In this document: piece by piece, positions 7,832 through 17,303 of the stretch
Numbering within the stretch: the first letter of the stretch is position 1
Layout of the letters: the number at the start of each line of letters is the position of its first letter
DNA from: an uncultured Eubacterium sp.
Lineage (GTDB): Bacteria > Bacillota > Clostridia > Lachnospirales > Lachnospiraceae
Assembly (NCBI GenBank): GCA_947385775.1
Contig: CANDMI010000011.1
Location: forward strand, 504 to 64,503
Length of the DNA: 64,000 nt
Reading direction: 5' to 3'
Notes under the pieces: generated by a model
What the model saw: only the letters and a program-made list of their open reading frames with translations
Database searches by the model: none
Told to the model about the DNA's origin: nothing
Position numbers and translations under genes: made by a program

Positions 7832-8971
7832 TCAATCGTTTCCAGCAGACATAAGCTCTGACAGCCTATCCATGTTCCTTTGTTTCGCTTCCATCGTCGG
7901 ATGGACATATCGGTCCATCGTAATCCGCACGCTGGCATGTCCTAAGATCTCGCTTAGGGATTTTGCGTCAAATCCAAGCTCCACACATCTTGTGGCAAAC
8001 GTATGGCGCAGCGCATGGAAATTTGCTTTGGAAATGCCGCACTTTTGGATGGCGGCAAGGAAATGGTTTTCCATCGTCCTTGGCTCGATGAATTTTTTTG
8101 GCGATCCGGTTAAAATAAATGCCTCCTGCTCCCCTTTGCGCTCCTTTGCCAAATGGAACACCTTATCTGGAAGCGGAATATATCTGACCGAGCAGATGCT
8201 TTTTGGCTGCGTAACGATTATTTTTGTTTTCTTTCTGCCTCCTTCCTCCGCCGGCACTCTTTCCATTGTCCGATGCACATAAAGCGTTTTTTCTGTAAAT
8301 GAAATATCCTCCCATTTTAACGCGCACAGCTCCCCCAGCCGGATGCCCGTATACAGACAGAGCATGATGCCAAATCCGCTGCCATCCATTTCCTCCGAAA
8401 GATAATCCTCCAGCGTGCGCTGTTCTTTCACGCTTAAGACGCGAAGCGGCCTGCGCGCCTGCTTTACCGGCATGTTCCGCAAATCCGTGACCGTGACGTT
8501 TCCATGTATTTTGGCAAAATCCAAAATCGTTTTTAAAACAGAAAATATCCCGGTGACTGTCTTTGGCGCAAGCCCGCTCTCCTTTTCGCCCTTAGGAGCC
8601 AAAAGCCTTTGTAAGCATTCAACAGCCTTTTCTCTCGTAATCTCTGTAATCAGCATATCCCCAAACTCCGGGATAAGGTAATGGGACAAAATCCCCTCGT
8701 ATTTTGCAATGCTTGTTTCTTTTAAAATCGGCTTTTGGGTTTCCATCCACTTTTCCGCAACTACCGCAAATAGCAGCTCTCCTCTTTTCCTACTTTTGTG
8801 CGTGCCAGTTTGCATCGCCTTTATAGCCTCATGCTTTTTCCTTAGCGTCTCTTCATAGCTTTTCCCGGAAACGTAGCCATAACGGATTTTGCCATCCACC
8901 CTGCATTTTACATATTTTCCTTCCCATCTTCCATTTTTCCTGCAATAAATATTTTCTCCTCTTCTTGCCAT
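7832..8971 (-). CDS. Tyrosine recombinase/site-specific integrase, intact
   Basis: MARRGENIYCRKNGRWEG arm domain; YTGIRLGE box I; HALRHTFAT...LGHASVRITMDRYVH box II with H-x-x-R, H and Y. Confidence 0.93.
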   Translation of the reverse strand: MARRGENIYCRKNGRWEGKYVKCRVDGKIRYGYVSGKSYEETLRKKHEAIKAMQTGTHKSRKRGELLFAVVAEKWMETQKPILKETSIAKYEGILSHYLIPEFGDMLITEITREKAVECLQRLLAPKGEKESGLAPKTVTGIFSVLKTILDFAKIHGNVTVTDLRNMPVKQARRPLRVLSVKEQRTLEDYLSEEMDGSGFGIMLCLYTGIRLGELCALKWEDISFTEKTLYVHRTMERVPAEEGGRKKTKIIVTQPKSICSVRYIPLPDKVFHLAKERKGEQEAFILTGSPKKFIEPRTMENHFLAAIQKCGISKANFHALRHTFATRCVELGFDAKSLSEILGHASVRITMDRYVHPTMEAKQRNMDRLSELMSAGND

Positions 8972-9104
8972 ATTTCTATGACCTCCTTTATCTTTTGTAA
9001 TTATTACAGGTACTATTTTGACAGAATCCATCTAAGACTACAGCGCTTAGAAACCGCTCCAAAATAAAAAACTTCCGCCCGTCTGGAAGATGAAAACAGC
9101 AAAA

Positions 9105-9137
9105 CGCCCCTGCATCCTATTGCCGGATGCAGGGGCG
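9105..9137 (-). terminator. Intrinsic terminator after the lipoprotein gene
   Basis: 13-bp stem CGCCCCTGCATCC / GGATGCAGGGGCG, T-rich on the minus strand. Confidence 0.8.
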
Positions 9138-9193
9138 CCTTCTAAGTCCCTATTTTATTTTCTGTTTTCTTTAAATGATCGTCTCCCAATCCC

Positions 9194-10123
9194 TTACGCT
9201 TTTTTTGCTTCTTTTGGAATAGAGAAATCCTCCACCGCGTCATAATCGCCGCAAGTCATCTGGATTTTCATCTTAGAAACGCTGATCGAGCCGCCTTGCG
9301 CCTGCTCTGCCATAGATTCCATCATCTTGCTCATCAACGCGTCCATTACCGCTGACATATCGATGTCATATTTCACAGCGTAGCTGCTTTCTTCATCCAC
9401 CCAAATGATGATCGGAATGTCGCCAATCCCGTCCATAAAGCTCTCCAGCTGGCTTGCGTCCATATTTAAAGAGCTTAAGGAATCCATCGCGCCAGAAGAA
9501 AGCATCACTTCTTTCATTTCGTCGCCGGTAATCTTTCCTACCAGCTTATAGGCGTTTTTGCCGTCCACCTGCTCGGTTCCCTGAACTTCAAAATTATAGT
9601 CCGCGTTCAAATATTCTTCGATATTTTTCGCCGCGTCGTACTGTTGCAGATCCTCAAGCTGAACGCTCTGGGACTGCCACTGTGTGCCATCGGTCATATA
9701 CATGGTATAGTTGCCCTTTTTGTCCATCTGCGCATAGATCTGCGCCGTCGTAGAGCCCATTTCTCCCATATCCATCGTCGTGTCGATCTTCATCTTCAAC
9801 GGATCGTAAAAGCAAACCATATCCATATCGGTAACGGTCTGCAAGGTCTGCTTTTCGCCGCCCGCTTCCACTTCCATATCCATTTCCATGGACATTTTCG
9901 CGGACATGCTTTTTACGTCTTTCATTTTTGCCTGCGCATCCGCTAAAATGTCTGCGGCGCTCTTCTCATCCCCTGCGTCCGCATCCGCGTCTGACGCGCT
10001 GTCCTTAGAAGTCTGCGACTCCTGCTTTGACTGGCCGCCTTTGTCCTGGCTTCCACACGCTGTGAAAGAAAACGGCATGGTTACTGCCAAAAGCAGCGCT
10101 AAGATCTTGTTTCTTGTTTTCAT
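9194..10123 (-). CDS. Lipoprotein (LolA-like/DUF6612-type beta-rich fold suspected)
   Basis: Signal peptide with lipobox FTAC, acidic linker, Met-rich beta pattern. Confidence 0.75.
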   Translation of the reverse strand: MKTRNKILALLLAVTMPFSFTACGSQDKGGQSKQESQTSKDSASDADADAGDEKSAADILADAQAKMKDVKSMSAKMSMEMDMEVEAGGEKQTLQTVTDMDMVCFYDPLKMKIDTTMDMGEMGSTTAQIYAQMDKKGNYTMYMTDGTQWQSQSVQLEDLQQYDAAKNIEEYLNADYNFEVQGTEQVDGKNAYKLVGKITGDEMKEVMLSSGAMDSLSSLNMDASQLESFMDGIGDIPIIIWVDEESSYAVKYDIDMSAVMDALMSKMMESMAEQAQGGSISVSKMKIQMTCGDYDAVEDFSIPKEAKKA

Positions 10124-10266
10124 AATCTGTCTCCTCCTACCCATTTTTATGGGATTATCCATTGTTTTTTGTTTCTTGTATTAAAAAATAACGGCTTTGA
10201 ATTTACAGGCGCAAGCTGCTTGTTTGGATCATCGCGCCCGCGGATATAAAAACCGTATTTTCATAC

Positions 10267-11844
10267 CTAATTTTCATACCTTTCAATTGTAATGTCGTCA
10301 TTCCCAGCTTCCACATACGCCTTTACGGCGTGATCGCAGCTAAGCTGCAAAGATGACTGGGTTTTTATAACTACACTTTCCAGCTTATTGTACTGGCATT
10401 CCACGCGGTAAAGGGCAGGCGACGCCACCTCCAAGCCGGTAAGCTCATTGTAGCTGCAATCCAGCAAATATAACTTCGGATAATCGTGGATTTTAAGAAC
10501 CGTAAGCCGGTTCTTAGCGCAATGCAATTCCCGCAGTTTCGGATTTTGACGAATGTCCAAATCCCCCAGCTGGTTCCCTTCACAATGCAGCTCCATCAGC
10601 TTCGGATTCCCGCGTGCTTTTAGGCTTGTAAGTTGATTTTGGCTGCAATGCAGATATTGCAGCTTCGGCTTTTGGCTGACATCCAGGCTGGTCAACGCAT
10701 TGCCATTGCACCGAAGCTCTTTCAATGCCTGGTTGTTGTCAATCTCTAAACTTGTCAGCCGGTTCCCGCCGCAATACAGCCTTTCTAACGCCGGATTGTT
10801 TCCCAGATCCAGCCCGGCAAGCTGGTTTCCGTCGCAATTTAAATATAACAGCTTTGGATTTTTAGTTGTGTCTAAGTTTGTCAGCAGGTTATTTTCACAC
10901 TCTAAACGCTCCAGCTTTAAAGCCTGGCTGACATCCAGACTGGTAAAGCGGTTTCCGCTGCAATTTAAAACCCGCAGCGCGGTATTTTTTCGGATATCTA
11001 ATTCGCAAAGACTGCCGTCAACACTATGTAAATACTTCAATGCCGGATTTTTTCTTAGATTTAAATCCGTAAGCGGATTTCCGCCACAATGAAGCTCCGT
11101 AAGCTTTGGGTTGTTCCTTAGCTCCAGGCCAGACAGCCCGTTATCAGAGCAGAGCAAGATCTTCAACGCCGGATTTTTTCTGATATCCAGCTTTTTCAGC
11201 CTGTTCGATTCACATTCCAGCCTCGATAACCTTTGATTCTTGCTGACATCCAGCTCCGTTAGCTGGTTGTTGGAACAGCTTAGCGTTTTTAACGCCGGAT
11301 TTTTCCCCACATCCAGGCTTTTTAGCTTATTATAATCACATTCCAGTTTCGTTAACGCCGGATTTTTGCTGACATCCAGCTCCTTTAATTTACAATAGCC
11401 GCATGTTAATGTCTCTAACGCCGTATTTTTACTTACGTCTAGGCCCGTGATCGGATTTCCGCCGCAAATTAACGTTTTTAATTCCGTAAACCCCGCAAAC
11501 GAGATGTTCCCGGACAGGCTGTATCCGCCCCAGCACAGGTAGGTCAGCCTTTTTTCTTTTCCGATCTTCGTCCATTTGTAACAGCTGCCATCCAGATCAT
11601 CCAGCATTTCCAGACTTTCCAGATCTTCTGGCTCCATATCTCCACGGCCCTTTTGCTCTTTTAAAATCTTTTGGATCAAAGCTACATCAGACGCATTTTT
11701 CTTTACGGCCGCGCTGGCTGGCAAGGGCAGTAGAAACGCCAAAAGCGCCGCAAAAACCGCCGCCTGACAAAGCGCCAAAGGCATCCGCCTGTTTTTTCTT
11801 CTTCTATTCAATTCCATCCATTTTTGCATAATCTCCCGCCCCAT
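10267..11844 (-). CDS. Secreted leucine-rich repeat protein
   Basis: Basic N-terminus and signal peptide (LLPLPASA) followed by about 20 tandem 21-aa repeats LxxLxCxxNxLxxLDVSxNxx. Confidence 0.92.
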   Translation of the reverse strand: MGREIMQKWMELNRRRKNRRMPLALCQAAVFAALLAFLLPLPASAAVKKNASDVALIQKILKEQKGRGDMEPEDLESLEMLDDLDGSCYKWTKIGKEKRLTYLCWGGYSLSGNISFAGFTELKTLICGGNPITGLDVSKNTALETLTCGYCKLKELDVSKNPALTKLECDYNKLKSLDVGKNPALKTLSCSNNQLTELDVSKNQRLSRLECESNRLKKLDIRKNPALKILLCSDNGLSGLELRNNPKLTELHCGGNPLTDLNLRKNPALKYLHSVDGSLCELDIRKNTALRVLNCSGNRFTSLDVSQALKLERLECENNLLTNLDTTKNPKLLYLNCDGNQLAGLDLGNNPALERLYCGGNRLTSLEIDNNQALKELRCNGNALTSLDVSQKPKLQYLHCSQNQLTSLKARGNPKLMELHCEGNQLGDLDIRQNPKLRELHCAKNRLTVLKIHDYPKLYLLDCSYNELTGLEVASPALYRVECQYNKLESVVIKTQSSLQLSCDHAVKAYVEAGNDDITIERYEN

Positions 11845-11907
11845 TTTTCACACCCCTTTTGTAAGGCAAAAATACCTGTATTTCGCATTCCCCATTTATA
11901 AAAACGG

Positions 11908-13047
11908 TCATTGGATCAACATCGCGTCCCCAAAGCTAAAAAACCGATACCGTTCCCGCACCGCAGCCTCATAAGCGCGCAATACACGCTCCCGCCCCGC
12001 CAAAGCGCTGACCAGCATCAAAAGCGTGGATTCCGGCAAATGAAAGTTGGTGATCAGCCCGTCGATGCACTTAAACCGATACCCCGGATATATAAAGATC
12101 TGCGTCCAGCCGCTTTGTGCATGGACATGGCCGGATTCGTCGGCCGCGGCTTCCAGCGTCCTTGCGCTCGTCGTGCCAACGGCGATAATGCGCCGCCCGC
12201 TGTCTTTGGCACAGTTTATTTTCCTTGCTTCGCTTTCTTCAATACGGTAATATTCCGCGTGCATATGGTGCTCCAGCACATTTTGCACCTTCACCGGGCG
12301 AAACGTCCCAAGCCCTACATGCAGCGTCACCTGGGCGATTTCTACGCCCTTTTCCTTTATTTCCGCTAAAAGCTGGGGCGTAAAATGAAGCCCGGCTGTG
12401 GGCGCCGCGGCGGAGCCGTCATGCTTGGCATAGACGGTCTGATAGCGCTGCCTGTCCTTTAGCTCATGAGTGATATAAGGCGGCAGCGGCATTTCCCCAA
12501 GCCGATCTAATATTTCTTCAAAAATCCCTTCGTAGGAAAACCGGATCAGGCGACAGCCCCCTTCTACGACCTCAAGCGCCTCCCCGGTCAAAAGCCCTTC
12601 CCCAAACTGGATACGCGCGCCCGGCCTTACTTTCTTCCCGGGCTTTACAAGCGTCTCCCAAATATTTCCTTCCACCCGCTTTAAAAGCAGGACTTCGATC
12701 TTAGCATTTGTCCCCTCCTTTACCCCATACAGCCTTGCGGGAATTACTTTCGTGTTGTTTAACACTAGGCAGTCCCCGGGAGAAAGGTATTCGACAATAT
12801 CCGAAAACCTGCGGTGGGTAATCTCCCCGGTTTCCCGGCCCATTACCATAAGCCGGGAGCTGGCGCGGTCTTTTAGCGGCTCCTGCGCGATCAATTCCTG
12901 GGGCAGGTCGTAATAAAAATCACTGACCGCCATTTCACATGATTGATCTGATTGATCTGCCCTGCCCACTCTGCCCGCCCCGCCGGATTCATTTCTCTGA
13001 CATGGCGTTTGATTCACTTGCTTTTCTGTTTGATTTCCCGTATCCAT
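11908..13047 (-). CDS. queA: tRNA preQ1(34) S-adenosylmethionine ribosyltransferase-isomerase
   Basis: [63 protein letters not shown]; start is 13047 (with 38-aa extension) or 12933. Confidence 0.97.
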   Translation of the reverse strand: MDTGNQTEKQVNQTPCQRNESGGAGRVGRADQSDQSCEMAVSDFYYDLPQELIAQEPLKDRASSRLMVMGRETGEITHRRFSDIVEYLSPGDCLVLNNTKVIPARLYGVKEGTNAKIEVLLLKRVEGNIWETLVKPGKKVRPGARIQFGEGLLTGEALEVVEGGCRLIRFSYEGIFEEILDRLGEMPLPPYITHELKDRQRYQTVYAKHDGSAAAPTAGLHFTPQLLAEIKEKGVEIAQVTLHVGLGTFRPVKVQNVLEHHMHAEYYRIEESEARKINCAKDSGRRIIAVGTTSARTLEAAADESGHVHAQSGWTQIFIYPGYRFKCIDGLITNFHLPESTLLMLVSALAGRERVLRAYEAAVRERYRFFSFGDAMLIQ

Positions 13048-13050
13048 CCG

Positions 13051-15471
13051 CTATTTCCTTAATTCAATGCCCTTTTCTTCCAGAGCTTTTACAATCCGGC
13101 TTACCGCGCTTCCCACCGTCTCGTCGTCCAGCGTCTTATCCGGCGCGCGGAAAGTGATCGTATAGGCCATGGACTTAAATCCAACCTTGATCTGGTTTCC
13201 TTCGTATATATCAAACAAACGGTAGCTTTCCAGATAGCTTCCGCCCTTCTTTTCAATCACCTCTTCCACGTCGCCTGCAAGTATCCCCTTCGGGCATACC
13301 ATGCTAAGGTCCCTTGTAACCGCCGGGAATCTGGCGATTCCGGTGTATTTACGGTCAAACGAAGATAATTCCACAATCTGCGGCATATCTAAGACCGCGA
13401 TATAAACCCGCTCCTTTATCCCGTAATTTGCCGCCACCGTCGGGTGCGCTTCCCCAAGACAGCCTACGACCGCCCCGTCGTAACGGATGTTTGCTTGGCG
13501 CCCCGGATGGAAATAAGGTTTTCCGGCGTCCGGGTCATACTGCGGTTTTTTATGCATCCCGGCCTGGCTGAAAAATTCCTCCACCACGCCCTTCATCGTA
13601 TAAAAATCCCCTTCCCCGTACATGCCTAACGTAAACTGCATCCGCTCGTCCGGAAGCTCTTCCAATGGGAGCTGCTTTGGCAGATAAATATTTCCAAGCT
13701 CATACAGGCGCACGTCCTTATTTCTTCTGTTGTAATTCGTAGAAAGTGAAGTCAGGATTCCATTTAACGGGGTTGTGCGCATAATGCTAAAATCCTCCCC
13801 CAGCGGGTTTGAGATCACAACCGCCTGCCGCAGCTTGGAATCAGCCGGAATCAGCAGCTTGTCAAACACCTTCGGGCTTTCAAAGGAATAGACCATGCCC
13901 TGGCTGAACCCGCAATACTGCGCCACATCCTTTGCGATTTCCTCAATCCGAAGCTTATAGGACAGCTTCCCGGTGGTCGCCTGACCGGACGGAAGGGTCT
14001 GCGCGATCTTATCGTATCCGTAAAAACGCGCCACTTCCTCCGCCAGGTCCGCGCTGCATTCTAAGTCCTGACGCCAGGACGGGATGACCACTTCGTTTGC
14101 GTCTTTATCATATCCTAATTCTATTTTTTCAAAATAGGCGAGCATCTGCTGGGATGAAATATCTGTCCCAAGCAGCTTATTGTATTTTTCCGGTTCAAAG
14201 GCGATGCGCTTTTCCCCTCTTTTTTGCGGATATACGTCTGCCACGCCACCTACGACTTCCCCTGCGCCAAGCTCTTCGATCAACTGGCAGGCGCGGTTCA
14301 TCGCAAGCAGCGCCAGGTTCGGGTCAAGCCCTTTTTCAAATTTTGCCGCGGCATCGGTGCGCATGCCGAGCTTTTTGCCGGACAGGCGGATATTTGTGCC
14401 GTCAAAGCATGCCGCTTCAAATAGCATCGTCTGCACCTGGTCTGTGATCATGGAATTTTCACCGCCCATAATCCCCGCAATGCCTACCGGTTTTTTCGCA
14501 TCGCAGATCATAAGCACAGAATCGTCCAGCACATGCTCCTGTCCGTCTAATGTAACAAATGTTTCATCCTTTTTTGCCCTGCGCACAATGATCTGGTTTC
14601 CCGCGATCGTATCCAGGTCATAGGCATGCATCGGGTTGCCGTACTCTTCCATCACATAGTTGGTAATGTCTACGATATTGTTGATTGGCCGGATTCCCTG
14701 CGCCGCCAGCCTGCGCTGCATCCATTCCGGCGACGGGGCGAGATGGATATTTTTTACTACGCGCGCCGTATACCGCGGGCAAAGGTCGGTATCTTCCACC
14801 TTTACCTGTATGTATCCGTTCACGTCCTCTTCATTTCCGGTTTCTTTTATAACAGGCGGGAGGAATGGCTTTCCAAACGAAGCCGCGGCTTCCCTTGCGA
14901 TCCCGATGATGCTAAAGCAGTCCACGCGGTTGGAAGTGACCTCGTATTCCACCGAAACGTCGTCTAACCCAAGGGCTTTCACCGCATCCTCTCCCACACT
15001 TGCGTCATCCGGGAAAATATAAATGCCTTCTTCCGGCGCTTCCGGATACATATCTCTGTCAGAGCCTAATTCTTCAATCGAGCACATCATGCCGTCTGAT
15101 TCCACGCCCCGCAGCTTTCCTTTTTTTATTTTAATGCCGCCCGCCGTTTTCGAACCGTCATGCCCGCCCGCGACGCGGCCTCCCGCCAACACCACCGGAA
15201 CTTTCTGTCCCTCTTTTACATTTGGCGCCCCGGTCACGATCTGGATATCCTTTTCTTTTCCAATATCCACCTGGCAGACCACAAGCTTGTCCGCATCTGG
15301 ATGCCGCTCTATTTTTTTTATCTGTCCAATAACGATCTGGTCTAAATCCCGGTCAAAAACCTCATAGCCTTCCACCTTCGTGCCTGTCAGCGTCATGGTG
15401 TCCATATATTCCTGCGGCCCCACGTCCAGCCCAGGAACCATTGCTTTTATCCACTTTAATGAAGTATTCAT
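13051..15471 (-). CDS. pheT: Phenylalanine-tRNA ligase beta subunit
   Basis: HPDADKL tRNA-binding OB domain, TSNRVDC, RPINNIVDITNY, FDX-ACB C-terminus. Confidence 0.98.
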   Translation of the reverse strand: MNTSLKWIKAMVPGLDVGPQEYMDTMTLTGTKVEGYEVFDRDLDQIVIGQIKKIERHPDADKLVVCQVDIGKEKDIQIVTGAPNVKEGQKVPVVLAGGRVAGGHDGSKTAGGIKIKKGKLRGVESDGMMCSIEELGSDRDMYPEAPEEGIYIFPDDASVGEDAVKALGLDDVSVEYEVTSNRVDCFSIIGIAREAAASFGKPFLPPVIKETGNEEDVNGYIQVKVEDTDLCPRYTARVVKNIHLAPSPEWMQRRLAAQGIRPINNIVDITNYVMEEYGNPMHAYDLDTIAGNQIIVRRAKKDETFVTLDGQEHVLDDSVLMICDAKKPVGIAGIMGGENSMITDQVQTMLFEAACFDGTNIRLSGKKLGMRTDAAAKFEKGLDPNLALLAMNRACQLIEELGAGEVVGGVADVYPQKRGEKRIAFEPEKYNKLLGTDISSQQMLAYFEKIELGYDKDANEVVIPSWRQDLECSADLAEEVARFYGYDKIAQTLPSGQATTGKLSYKLRIEEIAKDVAQYCGFSQGMVYSFESPKVFDKLLIPADSKLRQAVVISNPLGEDFSIMRTTPLNGILTSLSTNYNRRNKDVRLYELGNIYLPKQLPLEELPDERMQFTLGMYGEGDFYTMKGVVEEFFSQAGMHKKPQYDPDAGKPYFHPGRQANIRYDGAVVGCLGEAHPTVAANYGIKERVYIAVLDMPQIVELSSFDRKYTGIARFPAVTRDLSMVCPKGILAGDVEEVIEKKGGSYLESYRLFDIYEGNQIKVGFKSMAYTITFRAPDKTLDDETVGSAVSRIVKALEEKGIELRK

Positions 15472-15534
15472 GTTTGTCCTCCAAAAAACTTCTTTTTCCC
15501 TTTTACCCGTTTCGCAAGTTCGCGCCCTCAATCA

Positions 15535-16554
15535 TTAAAACTGCGCTAAAAACCGGGCGTCATTTTCATAAAGCAGCCGCATGTCGTCAATTTCATATTT
15601 TAACAGCGCGATACGCTCTAGCCCTACGCCAAAGGCAAACCCGGAATATTCCTGCGGGTCGATGCCGCTCATTTTTAAAACCCGAGGATGGATCATGCCG
15701 CATCCTAAAATCTCAATCCAGCCGCTGCCTTTACAGAACCGACATCCCTTGCCCTTGCATTTAAAGCAGGTCACGTCCACCTCCGCGCTCGGCTCCGTAA
15801 ACGGGAAATGGTGCGGGCGGAATTTTACTTTTGTATCTTCCCCAAACAGCTCTTTGGCAAACTCCGCCAGCGTCCCTTTTAAATCCGCAAATGTAATATT
15901 TTTATCGATCACCATGCCCTCGATCTGGTGAAACGAAGGGGAATGGGTCGCATCCACTTCATCGGAGCGAAACACCCGCCCCGGCGCGATCATACGGATC
16001 GGCAGCGGGCTTTTCTCCATCGTGCGCACCTGCACCGGAGAGGTCTGGGTGCGCAGCAATATTTTATCATTAATATAAAACGTATCCTGCTCATCCTTTG
16101 CCGGATGGTTCGCGGGGATATTCAATGCTTCAAAATTATAATAATCGTATTCGATCTCCGGCCCTTCCACGACCTCATAGCCCATGCCTATAAAAATACG
16201 CTCCACTTCTTCTAGCGCGATCGTATTTGGATGGCGGTGTCCGATGCGGCCTCGTTTTGCCGGAAGCGTTACGTCGAGAACCTCCTGTTTTAGCTTTAGC
16301 TCTAACTGCGCGTCCTCCAGCTTCTTTTTTGTTTCCTCAAGCATCGCTTCGATCGCAGCCCTTGTCTCATTTACCATCTGCCCAACCGCCGGACGGTCCT
16401 GCGGCAGCACGTCCTTCATCCCTTTTAATACGGCGGTCAGCTCCCCTTTTTTCCCAAGAAAGGCAACCCTGACTTCATTTAACTTCGCTAACTCCCCGGA
16501 AGACTGGATCTGGCTCATCGCGTCTTCCCTGATTTTCCTTAACTTTTCTTTCAT
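15535..16554 (-). CDS. pheS: Phenylalanine-tRNA ligase alpha subunit
   Basis: GHRHP, YNFEALN..HPA, LRTQTSPVQ, HSPSFHQIEG, FRPHHFPFTEPS, GFAFGVGLER. Confidence 0.98.
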   Translation of the reverse strand: MKEKLRKIREDAMSQIQSSGELAKLNEVRVAFLGKKGELTAVLKGMKDVLPQDRPAVGQMVNETRAAIEAMLEETKKKLEDAQLELKLKQEVLDVTLPAKRGRIGHRHPNTIALEEVERIFIGMGYEVVEGPEIEYDYYNFEALNIPANHPAKDEQDTFYINDKILLRTQTSPVQVRTMEKSPLPIRMIAPGRVFRSDEVDATHSPSFHQIEGMVIDKNITFADLKGTLAEFAKELFGEDTKVKFRPHHFPFTEPSAEVDVTCFKCKGKGCRFCKGSGWIEILGCGMIHPRVLKMSGIDPQEYSGFAFGVGLERIALLKYEIDDMRLLYENDARFLAQF

Positions 16555-16586
16555 AATTACAGGTTCTCCTTATAAAATAGTAATTT

Positions 16587-16615
16587 ATTATAACGCAATC
16601 TTGTAATAAACGCAA
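16587..16615 (-). promoter_or_regulatory. Sigma-A promoter for pheS, overlapped by a direct repeat
   Basis: TTGCGT-17 nt-TATAAT on the minus strand; AACGCAATCTT at 16592-16602 and 16609-16619. Confidence 0.7.
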
Positions 16616-16665
16616 TCTTTTTTGTTATTGTGGCTTTACAGACTCATTTGTCATAGAATAAGCTT

Positions 16666-16983
16666 TTATCTTTCTAATAATCTTCCACTAATATCTGAAG
16701 CGCTATACAACACTCTCGTAACTACTATCCTGTCATCTTCAATAATATAAAATGCAGAATAATTGTCTATTGGAAGCTGTCTTAATCCCATTGCGCACTC
16801 CGGTTCAGATTCCATAATCCGAACGCGTTCCGGGAATACATCCAGACTCTTTATTGCCGCTGCAATCCTGTTATATTGTTTCATGGCATTTTCCGGCGCA
16901 AGAAGTTTTTCAGCAATATAATTGTAGATTTCTTCCATGTCAGTTAGCGCCTTGTCTGTAATCTGTACGGTATATCGCTTCAT
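16666..16983 (-). CDS. RelE/ParE family toxin
   Basis: MKRYTVQITDKALTDMEEIYNYIA...FPER...VTRVLY pattern; 4-nt overlap with the antitoxin. Confidence 0.9.
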   Translation of the reverse strand: MKRYTVQITDKALTDMEEIYNYIAEKLLAPENAMKQYNRIAAAIKSLDVFPERVRIMESEPECAMGLRQLPIDNYSAFYIIEDDRIVVTRVLYSASDISGRLLER

Positions 16984-17288
16984 AGCAGGCGCTCCTCCTT
17001 GAACTTTGCAAATGCTGTTTCCGCATCCTGCACCTTTCCGTCTTTCATATCATCATAACCTTCCTGTAACTTTGCATGAATTTCTTCTATTGTCATCAAA
17101 TCTGCATTGACAGGATGCGGCGCTTTCGGCAGCGCCACAGCAAAAGGTATTCCGCCAGTCAGAAAAATCTGATTTAAATACATATCAATTGCTGTTGACA
17201 TTGGTATTCCCAAACGCGATAAAACATCTTCTGCGCGTTTTTTCACAGTTGGATCTACTCTTAAATTTAATATTGTTGATTTTTCCAT
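16980..17288 (-). CDS. RelB/DinJ family antitoxin
   Basis: LNLRVDPTVKKRAEDVLSRLGIPMSTAIDMYLNQI..GGIPF ribbon-helix-helix signature. Confidence 0.92.
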   Translation of the reverse strand: MEKSTILNLRVDPTVKKRAEDVLSRLGIPMSTAIDMYLNQIFLTGGIPFAVALPKAPHPVNADLMTIEEIHAKLQEGYDDMKDGKVQDAETAFAKFKEERLL

Positions 17289-17303
17289 ACCTTTCATCTC
17301 CTA

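Noticed and set aside
16555-16665. T-box riboswitch for pheS
   Set aside because: No AATTAGGGTGGTACCGCG-like antiterminator and no room after the promoter.
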